Shown here one piece after another: positions 17,961 to 26,750 of a stretch of DNA of 64,000 nt (positions are counted from its first letter, which is position 1; each line of letters opens with the position of its first letter). The stretch comes from Candidatus Levyibacteriota bacterium. Its GTDB lineage: Bacteria; Patescibacteriota; Microgenomatia; Levybacterales; UBA12049. A model generated the notes under the pieces. The model saw nothing but the letters and a program-made list of their open reading frames with translations, was not told the DNA's origin and made no database searches. The DNA lies in the NCBI GenBank assembly GCA_009695045.1, contig SIBS01000002.1, positions 26,774 to 90,773 of the forward strand, read 5' to 3'. The position numbers and the translations under genes are program-made.

Positions 17961-19085
17961 ATGTTGATAAGACCTCAATCTACTAACTTTGCCAAAATAC
18001 GCGTTTTGGGCGTAGGTGGTGGTGGAAGTAATGCTGTTAATTCAATGATATCTCAAAGCAAGATACAAAACGTTGATTTTATCGTAATTAATACTGATGC
18101 CCAGGCACTTCTTAATAGTCAATGTTCTATTAAATTACAAATTGGTGAAGGGATTACTAAGGGGCTTGGGTCTGGAGGAGATCCTGAAATTGGAAAACAA
18201 GCCGCAGAGGAGAGTCGTGAAAAGATTAAAGATATGCTTGAGGGTTCCAATATGGTTTTTATTGCATCAGGCATGGGTGGTGGAACCGGAACTGGTGCAG
18301 CTCCAATTGTTGCTCAAATAGCGAAAGAAATTGGCGCACTGACAATAGCAGTTGTTACTAAGCCATTTATTTTTGAGGGAACTCGTCGCATGGTTTCTGC
18401 TGAAGAGGGCCTGGAAGAACTTAAGGGAAAAGTGGATACACTTATAGTAATTCCAAATCAGCGAATTTTAGATGTCGTTGATAAAAAATTATCTCTTTTA
18501 GAAGCATTTCGTGTTGCTGATTCGGTTTTGTCTCAAGGTGTGCAGGGAATTTCTGATCTTATTACAATGCCCGGTTTAATAAATGTTGATTTTGCAGATG
18601 TTAGATCTATAATGACTGACGCAGGCTCGGCTCTTATGGGTATCGGCACAGGTGTTGGAGAGAATCGTGCTCAAACCGCAGCAAGGAGTGCGGTTGCATC
18701 CCCCTTGTTAGAAATATCTATGGATGGCGCAAGAGGTGTTCTTTTTAACATTATAGGAGGTCCTGATCTTGCGATGAGTGAAGTGGATGAAGCTGCTAAA
18801 ATTATTGCAGCAGCTGCTGATCCTGATGCTAATATAATATTTGGTGCAACAATAGATAATAATATGCATGATCAACTTAAGGTTACATTAATTGCAACTG
18901 GATTCGATAACAATAAACAAAGACTTAAAGAATTTATGCCTAGACAGTCACAAATAGTTCAATCAGTAGATTATGGACAATCTAATCATTCATCGGCACC
19001 AATAAATCAGATAATAGATGAATCAAAACAGCAAAAAGAAGATGATGAATTTGAAATCCCCGCATTCTTAAGAGAGAGGAATTAA
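17961..19085 (+). CDS. ftsZ: Cell division GTPase FtsZ
   Basis: [11 protein letters not shown] and [10 protein letters not shown] tubulin signature; C-terminal FtsA/ZipA-binding peptide [11 protein letters not shown]. The ORF track begins at a TTG at 17922; the in-frame ATG at 17961 (MLIRPQ...) is the more likely start. Confidence 0.92.
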   Translation: MLIRPQSTNFAKIRVLGVGGGGSNAVNSMISQSKIQNVDFIVINTDAQALLNSQCSIKLQIGEGITKGLGSGGDPEIGKQAAEESREKIKDMLEGSNMVFIASGMGGGTGTGAAPIVAQIAKEIGALTIAVVTKPFIFEGTRRMVSAEEGLEELKGKVDTLIVIPNQRILDVVDKKLSLLEAFRVADSVLSQGVQGISDLITMPGLINVDFADVRSIMTDAGSALMGIGTGVGENRAQTAARSAVASPLLEISMDGARGVLFNIIGGPDLAMSEVDEAAKIIAAAADPDANIIFGATIDNNMHDQLKVTLIATGFDNNKQRLKEFMPRQSQIVQSVDYGQSNHSSAPINQIIDESKQQKEDDEFEIPAFLRERN

Positions 19086-19451
19086 TTTTTCTTAGTCCTT
19101 AAATTATTTGTCCCAAAACAACGATATTATTTATTTTCCATTATGTTGGTAAAATTTTAGTAATTAAGGTTTTTAAATTGTAAAAACTAGAAAAAGCATA
19201 TAGAGTTTTTGCATTAAGCATTTTGAATCCAGAAATTTTAAGCTCTACTTTAATCAAGTTAGTCATGTAAGTTCTTGTATGTCCGTTTAGATTTTTTTTA
19301 TTTTTTCTAACCCTTTATTTAAGGGAATAGAAATAATAATGTATCCATTTGGAGTTAACATTTTTCTAATAATTCTTAATATTTTAAAAGTTTATGAAGG
19401 GGATATATACTCCAGCACCTCAACCATTAAAGCTGCATCAAATTATTTTGG

Positions 19452-19676
19452 TTAATACTTCATATTATCAACAGACTTTAATTTAAAAAAATCATCAAAC
19501 TTTTTATTTAAATGTTTTATTGCATTTGGGGAAATATCATTTCCATGTAATTTAATATCTCTTTCTCCATTTTTAATTAATTTTTCAACATATTCATAGC
19601 CTGCGCCTATATCTATTATATTTTTAACGTTTTTAGGAATTAAATTATAGATTATTTTTATTCTATTTTTAGTCAT
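19452..19676 (-). pseudogene. Truncated class I SAM-dependent methyltransferase remnant (N-terminal 74 aa only)
   Basis: Motif I IIDIGAGYEY and motif II acidic residue (LHGNDISPNAI) are present, but the ORF stops after 74 aa. Downstream sequence is full of stops in all frames. Confidence 0.4.
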
Positions 19677-20074
19677 AGGGTCCTCAGGTTAATAATCAGT
19701 ATTGCTATTAATTTTTTTATCCCAAAAAAATTTCAGTATTTAAATCTTTTATTTCAGCACAATATTTATTGTATAAATCTATTAGTTAACTTAATCTATT
19801 TTTTGTGGCGAAAATGTGCCTAAGGCCCTCAACTTTAAATGGATTTTTCTTACATTCAAAACAAATAAAATATTCGTTTTCCTTGAAACATATCAAGCAA
19901 TTCATAAAAATTATATTATCATTAAATGAGTGTGTTGATAAATTTATATTATGAAAATTATTGCATTTCTAAGATAAGTAAATGATTCATTAGGAAAGGA
20001 TCTTAATAAGTTATAAAAAAATGATGGAAATAGGTTATTGACTAATATTTTTATTAGAGATATTCTTATTTATA

Positions 20075-20665
20075 ATGAGTAAATATGTAAAATGGTTTAT
20101 AATAATATTAATTTTTATTTATTTTTTTATATTTTTTGATAAAAATATTTTTCAAAATAATACTGTTATTAGTAGGCCAATAACTGCATCAATTATTCCT
20201 CAATCAAATGATGTTCATTCCCCTGACGGTTCATTTAGCATTGTAATGCAATCAAAGGAAAGCAATAGTGGTTTTTTTACCTACGAATTTTTTATTGAAA
20301 ATATATCTGGAGGTAAAAAAAAATTACTTTTTGCAACCAGTGGAGAGGGTGGAGAATTTTGGATTACTCCAAATGCATGGTCACCAGACAATAATTATAT
20401 ATATATATTGGAAAGAAAAAATAATAAATTAAATGCAATGATTTTTAAATCATCAGGTGAAAGTTTTGCAAATGGTGATGTTTATATTGATACATCGCCA
20501 ATTTTTATTAGTCGTAGAACGGGATATGAAATAGTTGATATAACTGGTTGGGATTCTCCTACGTTATTGCATGTAGTAACAAAAAATCATCAAGATATTG
20601 GTCCTTCTTTTTGGTTTGATGTTCCAAGTAAAACTTTTATGCAATTATATAATCGTTCCCTATAG
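20075..20665 (+). CDS. Hypothetical signal-anchored/exported protein
   Basis: N-terminal hydrophobic anchor (WFIIILIFIYFFIFF), then a beta-rich region with a TolB-like WSPDNNYIY motif. No confident family assignment. Confidence 0.45.
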   Translation: MSKYVKWFIIILIFIYFFIFFDKNIFQNNTVISRPITASIIPQSNDVHSPDGSFSIVMQSKESNSGFFTYEFFIENISGGKKKLLFATSGEGGEFWITPNAWSPDNNYIYILERKNNKLNAMIFKSSGESFANGDVYIDTSPIFISRRTGYEIVDITGWDSPTLLHVVTKNHQDIGPSFWFDVPSKTFMQLYNRSL

Positions 20666-21337
20666 TGTCTTTAGCATTTTTTCAGTAGCTTTTATACTTA
20701 AATCTTCGCCATTATAAATAAATTCAAATATTATTTCATTATTTTTATTATTTTTTATGTAAAGATTTTGTAATTGATTTACCGAACCCTTATCATAGGG
20801 ATTACTATAAATAGATACACTGAATTCGCTTGGAATCTCGGGTATCTTCATAAAATCATGGCGTGTTGGAGCAGTTGCTTCAAGATTAGCATCTTTAGCA
20901 ACCCAATACAGTAGAGATGCTAGATGACAAACTCCATCTCCAGCCAAGTATCCATCAGATTTAAATCCTTCTGATAAATTAAAATGTGAATTGGTCGTTT
21001 TATCTATTTTATTTTGATATTCTGGTAGAACATCATCGTGAAATGCAAAAATTTCATCAGGTTTCAATACCATGCTATACTTAAATGGTTTATTAATTTT
21101 ATCCCAATCAATATTATTTGAATCTATTTTTTTATCAGAAGTATATTTAATTGTAAGGAGAATATTTTCTTTAAAAACATTATTTACAAAAGAATTACCA
21201 TATCTATTATTTAATGAAAAAGTATGAGACGAGATCTCCTTTACTACAAATTGTTTTGGAATAATTTGTTTTACTGGTGATTCAGTAAAAAATGGAATAA
21301 ATAAAAGTGATGCAAATGTCATAATCTTTATAGACAT
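20660..21337 (-). CDS. VanW-like domain exported protein
   Basis: Signal peptide (MSIKIMTFASLLFIPFF); VanW-type motif GYLAGDGVCHLASLLYWVAKDANLE (compare GGGVCQVSTTLYNA). Confidence 0.6.
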   Translation of the reverse strand: MSIKIMTFASLLFIPFFTESPVKQIIPKQFVVKEISSHTFSLNNRYGNSFVNNVFKENILLTIKYTSDKKIDSNNIDWDKINKPFKYSMVLKPDEIFAFHDDVLPEYQNKIDKTTNSHFNLSEGFKSDGYLAGDGVCHLASLLYWVAKDANLEATAPTRHDFMKIPEIPSEFSVSIYSNPYDKGSVNQLQNLYIKNNKNNEIIFEFIYNGEDLSIKATEKMLKTL

Positions 21338-21466
21338 AGTATCCTATAAGATGTAGATTATACTATACTATAAGATTAATGTCAAGTAGTTTTTAAGCTC
21401 ATTTTAATGTTTAGGTACATAAATATCATCATTTACTTTTTAATAATAATGCTATACGCTTGAATC

Positions 21467-22174
21467 ATGCTAAGCATTGGATTAAAATCTGTATCATGGA
21501 CTCGTTCTAGTGTTATTTTATTTTTATTTATAATAGCCTTGATATGGAGAATATTTGTATATGGATTTGATTTTAAAAATAAGTGTGCTAATTCAATCAG
21601 TTGTATAAAAGATATTTCTGGAATATTTCAGATAGGGAAAAAAAATATATTTTTGTCTCGATCTATTACTTCTCTGCCATATGTATCTAATAAAAATAAT
21701 ATACATACTGTGCTTGGCAATACTACTTCAATTGGAGAAAAGCATATATTCATTGATTTAGATACGCAGCAACTTTATGCATATGAGGATAAAATACAGG
21801 TCTATGCTTTTCCTGTATCAACAGGTAAATGGGGCAAGACTCCAACTGGAACTTTTAGGATATGGATTAAAATAAGAAATGCTCATATGGAAGGAGGTTC
21901 TGGGGATGATTATTATAATCTTTATAACGTACCCTATACAATGTTTTTTTCAAATGAAAATGTTGATGCTAGTCTAGGTTTTAGCATTCATGGTGCCTAT
22001 TGGCACAATAATTTTGGTTATCCGATGAGTCATGGATGCATAAATTTACGTCCTGAAGATGCTGAGAAAATTTATGGCTGGGCTGATCCTCCAACACGGG
22101 GAATTTCTACTCATTCAACAACTAAAAATAAAGGAACATTAATTACTATTTATGGTGAGCCTCATATGAATTAA
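21467..22174 (+). CDS. L,D-transpeptidase (YkuD domain), membrane-anchored
   Basis: N-terminal TM; catalytic region HGAYWHNNFGYPMSHGCINL carries the YkuD H...SHGC(I/V)(R/N)L motif. Confidence 0.8.
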   Translation: MLSIGLKSVSWTRSSVILFLFIIALIWRIFVYGFDFKNKCANSISCIKDISGIFQIGKKNIFLSRSITSLPYVSNKNNIHTVLGNTTSIGEKHIFIDLDTQQLYAYEDKIQVYAFPVSTGKWGKTPTGTFRIWIKIRNAHMEGGSGDDYYNLYNVPYTMFFSNENVDASLGFSIHGAYWHNNFGYPMSHGCINLRPEDAEKIYGWADPPTRGISTHSTTKNKGTLITIYGEPHMN

Positions 22175-22307
22175 ATATCTATTAAATTTTCCTATTTGTC
22201 TATGAATTATTTTAATATTAATCCATAGAAACTTATTTAGAATTTATTATTGTTTATTATACTTTTTGCCTATTGTATCTATAATCTAATACTATACAAT
22301 AATTTTT

Positions 22308-22967
22308 ATGCCTATTATGCCAAAAATTATTCGCTCATCACGTCTCTCTATGAGTATAAGAATTAATTTAATGGGAGAAGTTATCGTTCGAGCTCCTAAA
22401 TTTATCCCCACATTTTTAATAAAAAAATTTATCTTATCAAAGCAAAATTGGATTGATGCATCACTTAAAAAAGTAAATATTTATCATAAAAAAGAAAAGC
22501 AATATATTGAAGGTGAGGAATTTATGTATTTAGGAAATAAATACATATTTCAATTTATAGATACTGATAAAATTTTTATAAGTGATAATAAATTATTTTT
22601 TCCAAAAATATTATTATTTAGAGCAGAAAAAGAAATTAAAAATTGGTATATACGACTCGCAAAAGATAAGATTACAGAACGACTAGATCATAAAGCAAAA
22701 GAAATGGGTATGCAATATAAGAGCATTTTATTCTCTGATACTCAATCTAAGTGGGGTACATGTTGGCCAGATAATGCTTTACAATTTAACTGGAGACTTA
22801 TAATGGCGCCATTGATGGTATTGGATTATGTTGTAATTCATGAATTGGCACATACAAAAGAAAAAAATCATAGTAATAAATTTTGGAGCATAGTATCTAT
22901 ATATACTCCAGCATGGAAACAGCATAGGAAATGGCTTAATAATAACTCTTATTTATTAAATTATTAA
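22308..22967 (+). CDS. DUF45/YgjP-family zinc metallohydrolase (WLM/SprT-like)
   Basis: C-terminal FNWRLIMAPLMVLDYVVIHELAHTKEKNHSNKFWSIV matches the YgjP pattern NWRLxxAPxxVIDYVVVHELAHLxExNHSxxFW with an HExxH zinc site. Confidence 0.75.
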   Translation: MPIMPKIIRSSRLSMSIRINLMGEVIVRAPKFIPTFLIKKFILSKQNWIDASLKKVNIYHKKEKQYIEGEEFMYLGNKYIFQFIDTDKIFISDNKLFFPKILLFRAEKEIKNWYIRLAKDKITERLDHKAKEMGMQYKSILFSDTQSKWGTCWPDNALQFNWRLIMAPLMVLDYVVIHELAHTKEKNHSNKFWSIVSIYTPAWKQHRKWLNNNSYLLNY

Positions 22968-23013
22968 TAAATTAATCTGAATATATTATTGATGGTTTTT
23001 TATAGTTTATAAA

Positions 23014-23619
23014 TTATGTAAATGTCATTTTTTTATAAATATTACGAGTGACCTCAACATCTTTTTTGCAATATTCGCATATTTCTTTAATTCGACCATC
23101 TTCATATGCCTTAGCAACATCTTTGCCTTCCATTGCTCCACCTTTTGATGATGGAATATTCAATGCTTTCGCTAAAGAATCTAAGCTAATTTTTGCATAC
23201 TGATCCCATTTTGCCCATTCCTTCATGAGATCATACATGGGATTATTTCGATATCTGGCAAAAGTAAGATCCCTGGTAGGTTTTACTTCATTTATAATAG
23301 ATCTTTGATAAATAAATCTCATATCAAAATCTATAATATTGAAACCAACAAATAACTCAATTGTTTTAGCTATATCCCAAAATTGTTGGAGCATCTCTTT
23401 TTCAGTACCGCAAATTATTTGTATTTGACCATCATTAATAGCATAAGATATGCAAGCTATTCTCCCAAAAGCACCATCAAAACTAGTTTCTGCTATAAAT
23501 AGATCCAATTCTTTTACTTGCTTTCCATCATCAATTTTTTTTTGATGAATCTCAGCAAGCATAACATGCTTATTTTTATCTGCTGGTAGAGTTTCAATAT
23601 CAAAATATAATATATTCAT
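23014..23619 (-). CDS. DEDD-type 3'-5' exonuclease (RNase H-like fold, PolB-exonuclease-related; YprB/RNase_H_2-like)
   Basis: Exo I motif YFDIETLP at the N-terminus, internal FNIIDFDMRF (Exo II-like), and a C-terminal region with further acidic residues. 201 aa, stand-alone. Confidence 0.6.
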   Translation of the reverse strand: MNILYFDIETLPADKNKHVMLAEIHQKKIDDGKQVKELDLFIAETSFDGAFGRIACISYAINDGQIQIICGTEKEMLQQFWDIAKTIELFVGFNIIDFDMRFIYQRSIINEVKPTRDLTFARYRNNPMYDLMKEWAKWDQYAKISLDSLAKALNIPSSKGGAMEGKDVAKAYEDGRIKEICEYCKKDVEVTRNIYKKMTFT

Positions 23620-23730
23620 TATATTAGTATATAAATTTTTATACGAGTAATCAAGTTAATTTTAAAAAATAGTTTACATTGTTAATATAGTTCTTTATAA
23701 ATATTAATAATACCGTATAATATATTTATT

Positions 23731-24735
23731 ATGAATAATAATCGTTTTAATAATATAGATTTTATTCGAGCAATTGCAATTATCTGTGTTATCGCTACCC
23801 ATGTATATTCTCGTCATTTATTTGGTGAATTTAATATCTTAATTTGGAATTATTTACATTTTACTATTTTTATGTTTATTTTTTGTTCTGGCTACGTATT
23901 ATCATTGCGATATGAATTTGAATTTAATTCATGGAAACAAATACTCTCTTGGTATTTTAAAAGATCTCAAAGATTAATTATTCCATTTTATTGTTACCTT
24001 TTTGTACATTATTTATTATGGTATTTATTTCCACAATTTTTTGATGGCTTAGAATTAAATAATTCATTTAATTTTATAGTTCAATCAATTTTTCTAACAG
24101 GAGGAGTAAATGCTAATTGGTTGGTTCTGCTTTTTATACAGCTTACAGTCTTATTACCTTTACTTACAAAAATATATATTAAAAAAATTATAATAATATT
24201 TTATATTTTATTTTCTACATTTTTTACAATATATATTACTTTTATTCCATTTTCATATAATTTATCTCGTTATGTAATGTGGATACCGTGGTCATTAGCA
24301 TTATTGTTTTCCATTTACGCATCTAGGAATAAGATAAGTAATAAGAAATACATATCTCTGGCGATATTGTCAGGCATATTATTTTATTTATTTAATTTTT
24401 TACATCCATTTAATAAGTCTCTTTCTCTTTATGACCATAAATATCCATCAGATTTATATTATTTATCATATGAATTTTTTATTACATTTATTTTATTATC
24501 AATTAGCCAATCTTCATATTTGAAAAATTCATTTTTACAAAAATCATATGAATATATCAGTCATAAATCTTATTCTTTATATTTTATTCATTATATTGTT
24601 TTAGATTTTATATTTAAAGTAACAAATAATTATTATTTATTTTCAAATATTTTTATCCAATTTTTATTAATTTTATCTATAAGTCTTTTTACATGTTGGT
24701 TATTAGATAAATTATCTCGAATATTATTAATTTAA
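23731..24735 (+). CDS. Acyltransferase family 3 (OafA/OatA-like) integral membrane O-acyltransferase
   Basis: N-terminus FIRAIAIICVIATHV is the acyltransferase-3 signature with catalytic His; about 10 TM helices; extremely AT-rich. Confidence 0.7.
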   Translation: MNNNRFNNIDFIRAIAIICVIATHVYSRHLFGEFNILIWNYLHFTIFMFIFCSGYVLSLRYEFEFNSWKQILSWYFKRSQRLIIPFYCYLFVHYLLWYLFPQFFDGLELNNSFNFIVQSIFLTGGVNANWLVLLFIQLTVLLPLLTKIYIKKIIIIFYILFSTFFTIYITFIPFSYNLSRYVMWIPWSLALLFSIYASRNKISNKKYISLAILSGILFYLFNFLHPFNKSLSLYDHKYPSDLYYLSYEFFITFILLSISQSSYLKNSFLQKSYEYISHKSYSLYFIHYIVLDFIFKVTNNYYLFSNIFIQFLLILSISLFTCWLLDKLSRILLI

Positions 24736-24789
24736 TTATAATAATATTATCTAATATATTTTTATTTTTTTTTATATTATAATAGTCTA

Positions 24790-25683
24790 ATGAATAAAAA
24801 AGCAAAATTAAAAAAAAATAAAAATAATTATCTTCGTAATTTAAATTATAATCAAGCAATATTTTTTATATTATTTTTAATTATTATTTATATCTTTAAT
24901 ATAGTTAAAAGTAATATTAATTATTTTAAATCAAAAATTAAGCCTCATATTGCTAAGGGAACAATTGCCTCAGTTAATCAACCCTTATCTAGTATTAGAT
25001 TACCAATTTTTTTATATCATTATGTTGAGTATGTAGCTGATCAAAACGATACTATTCGTAAATCACTTAATATTCAACCATGGGTATTGGAAAAGCAAAT
25101 ACAGACACTTAAAGATGCTGGATATAATTTTATTACTCCTTCTGAGGCAATACAAATGCTTAATGGAAATATCCCACTCGTTATTAAACCAATTATTCTC
25201 TCATTTGATGATGGATATAGGGATTTTTATACTGATGTTTTCCCAATTATTAAAAAAGAAAAAGTAAGAGCAATTGTATACATTGTGCCTGGATTTATCG
25301 ATAAAATAAATTTTATGTTCAGGAATCAGTTAGAGGAAGTTGCTGATAGTTCATTAATAGAAATCGGCGCACATACAGTAAATCATGTTTGGCTTAAGGG
25401 GCTTGAGGCACATCATATTAAGAAAGAGATTGTAGAAAGTAAATTATTGCTAGAGGACTCTATTCATAGAAAAGTTGTATCATTTGCATATCCATATGGG
25501 GCTTTTGATGATCAAATATCAAAAATAGTAAAAGAAGCTGGTTTTACATCTTCAGTATCAACCATCTCTGGAATTGAAGCTACTCACTTAAATAAATTTT
25601 ATCTTTTTAGATTGCGACCCGGTAATCGTATTGGAAAGTCATTAATTGATTGGTTAGATCAATCTGTATTTTATTCATGGTAA
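24790..25683 (+). CDS. Polysaccharide deacetylase (NodB homology / CE4), membrane-anchored
   Basis: N-terminal TM; NodB motifs LSFDDGYRDFYTDVFP (TFDDG-like) and GAHTVNHVWL (H-x-x-x-H). Confidence 0.75.
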   Translation: MNKKAKLKKNKNNYLRNLNYNQAIFFILFLIIIYIFNIVKSNINYFKSKIKPHIAKGTIASVNQPLSSIRLPIFLYHYVEYVADQNDTIRKSLNIQPWVLEKQIQTLKDAGYNFITPSEAIQMLNGNIPLVIKPIILSFDDGYRDFYTDVFPIIKKEKVRAIVYIVPGFIDKINFMFRNQLEEVADSSLIEIGAHTVNHVWLKGLEAHHIKKEIVESKLLLEDSIHRKVVSFAYPYGAFDDQISKIVKEAGFTSSVSTISGIEATHLNKFYLFRLRPGNRIGKSLIDWLDQSVFYSW

Positions 25684-25762
25684 ATTATTTTATAATTTGA
25701 CGATATTTTCCCAAGTAAATTAAATTCTTCCAAAATGGCCATATGAAGCAGTTGATAAATAA

Positions 25763-26667
25763 ATAGGTCTACGTAGATTAAGACCTTTAATAATTCCCTC
25801 CAACGATGTGTCTAAAATTTTACTTACGAAATTATTTATCATATTAGGAGATGATCTTGATGTATTAAAAGTTTCTACTTCTTACATAAGTGTTTTTATG
25901 CTTGCTAAAAAAATACTCCAATAACCCCTGATTTAACAAAAAAATTACATCATTTACTCATGAATAAGATAGAATTTAAATATTTAGGTTAATTTCGCGA
26001 TAACCCCGTCTTCGTTGGGCATCGTACAAAAGAGGAAATTGTTGTAAAACATAATCCTCCATTTCATACTAGGCAAGAGATTGAGACTGCATTAATTGAA
26101 TTATTTGATTAGCTTATGAGTCAAGATGATTTGCATCCATTGATAAAGGCAGGGGTTTTTCATCATCAGTTTGTATCCATGCACCCTTTTTTAGATTGTA
26201 ACGGACGCCTTACTAGGATTCTTACTGAATATTATTTATTATTAAAAAATTATGAAGTTGCTAAATACTTTATACTAGATGATTATTATGATATGGATAG
26301 GCATCTGTATTCCGATAAGTTACATACTGCAGATCAGGGAGATAAAACAACTTGGCTTTAATATTTTTTAGAAGGTATTGGTCACTCCCTAAAGCCTGCA
26401 ATTGCTATAATAAATGAATTGAAAAGATTTAATATGGAAGATATAACTGGAGAGAAAAGAGTGCTTGTAACCAATAGGGAAGAAGAGGTATTGGAGATTG
26501 TAATAAATAAAAAAGCTGTAAAAACTACAGATATACAAGAGAATCTTTCAGTAACCCGTCAACAGGCTCATTCCTTGCTAGCTTCATTAGTTAGGAAAGG
26601 GTTACTTTGTAAGTTTGGAAAGACAAAAAAAAGTTATTATAAATTAGTAACTAAATTAAATAACTAA
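25763..26667 (+). pseudogene. Decayed Fic/Doc-family (AMPylator-like) gene with a C-terminal winged-helix domain, interrupted by several stops and one frameshift
   Basis: From ~25909 to 26667, frame 1 reads ...ITPDLTKKLHHLLMNKIEFKYLG*FRDNPVFVGHRTKEEIVVKHNPPFHTRQEIETALIELFD*LMSQDDLHPLIKAGVFHHQFVSMHPFLDCNGRLTRILTEYYLL...DKTTWL*YFLEGIGHSLKPAIAIINEL...wHTH. The core motif is HPFLDCNGRLTR (canonical HPFx[D/E]GNGRxxR, with G mutated to C). A TAA at 25906, TAA at 25987, TAG at 26107 and TAA at 26359 interrupt one continuous frame. The segment upstream of 25906 is in a different frame. Confidence 0.65.
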
Positions 26668-26750
26668 TAATTCATTCAAAATAAATATCTGATTAATCTA
26701 TCCGTATAGCATACTTGAAGAAAAATTAGGTTTAAGATACAATTGAAGCT

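Noticed and set aside
19140-19300. tmRNA-like motif (TTCTGGATTC on the minus strand) in the 1-kb non-coding gap
   Set aside because: Only a 10-nt partial match. No GGGG 5' end, no tag-peptide reading frame, and no tRNA-like 3' end ending in CCA could be found.
22175-22307. Imperfect 10-bp inverted repeat (ctatgaatta...taatccatag) after the L,D-transpeptidase gene, as a possible terminator
   Set aside because: It contains a mismatch, has an AT-rich weak stem and lacks a clear downstream T-tract, so it is not convincing.
25763-26667. Possibility that the four in-frame TAA/TAG codons in the Fic gene reflect stop-codon reassignment (alternative genetic code)
   Set aside because: More than 60 other genes in the window use TAA, TAG or TGA as terminators with no internal occurrences. 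Pseudogenisation is the simpler explanation.
26668-26750. T-box leader upstream of ileS
   Set aside because: The spacer is only 83 nt, with no specifier-loop or T-box consensus (AATTAGGGTGGNACCGCG-like). It is too short for a T-box riboswitch.
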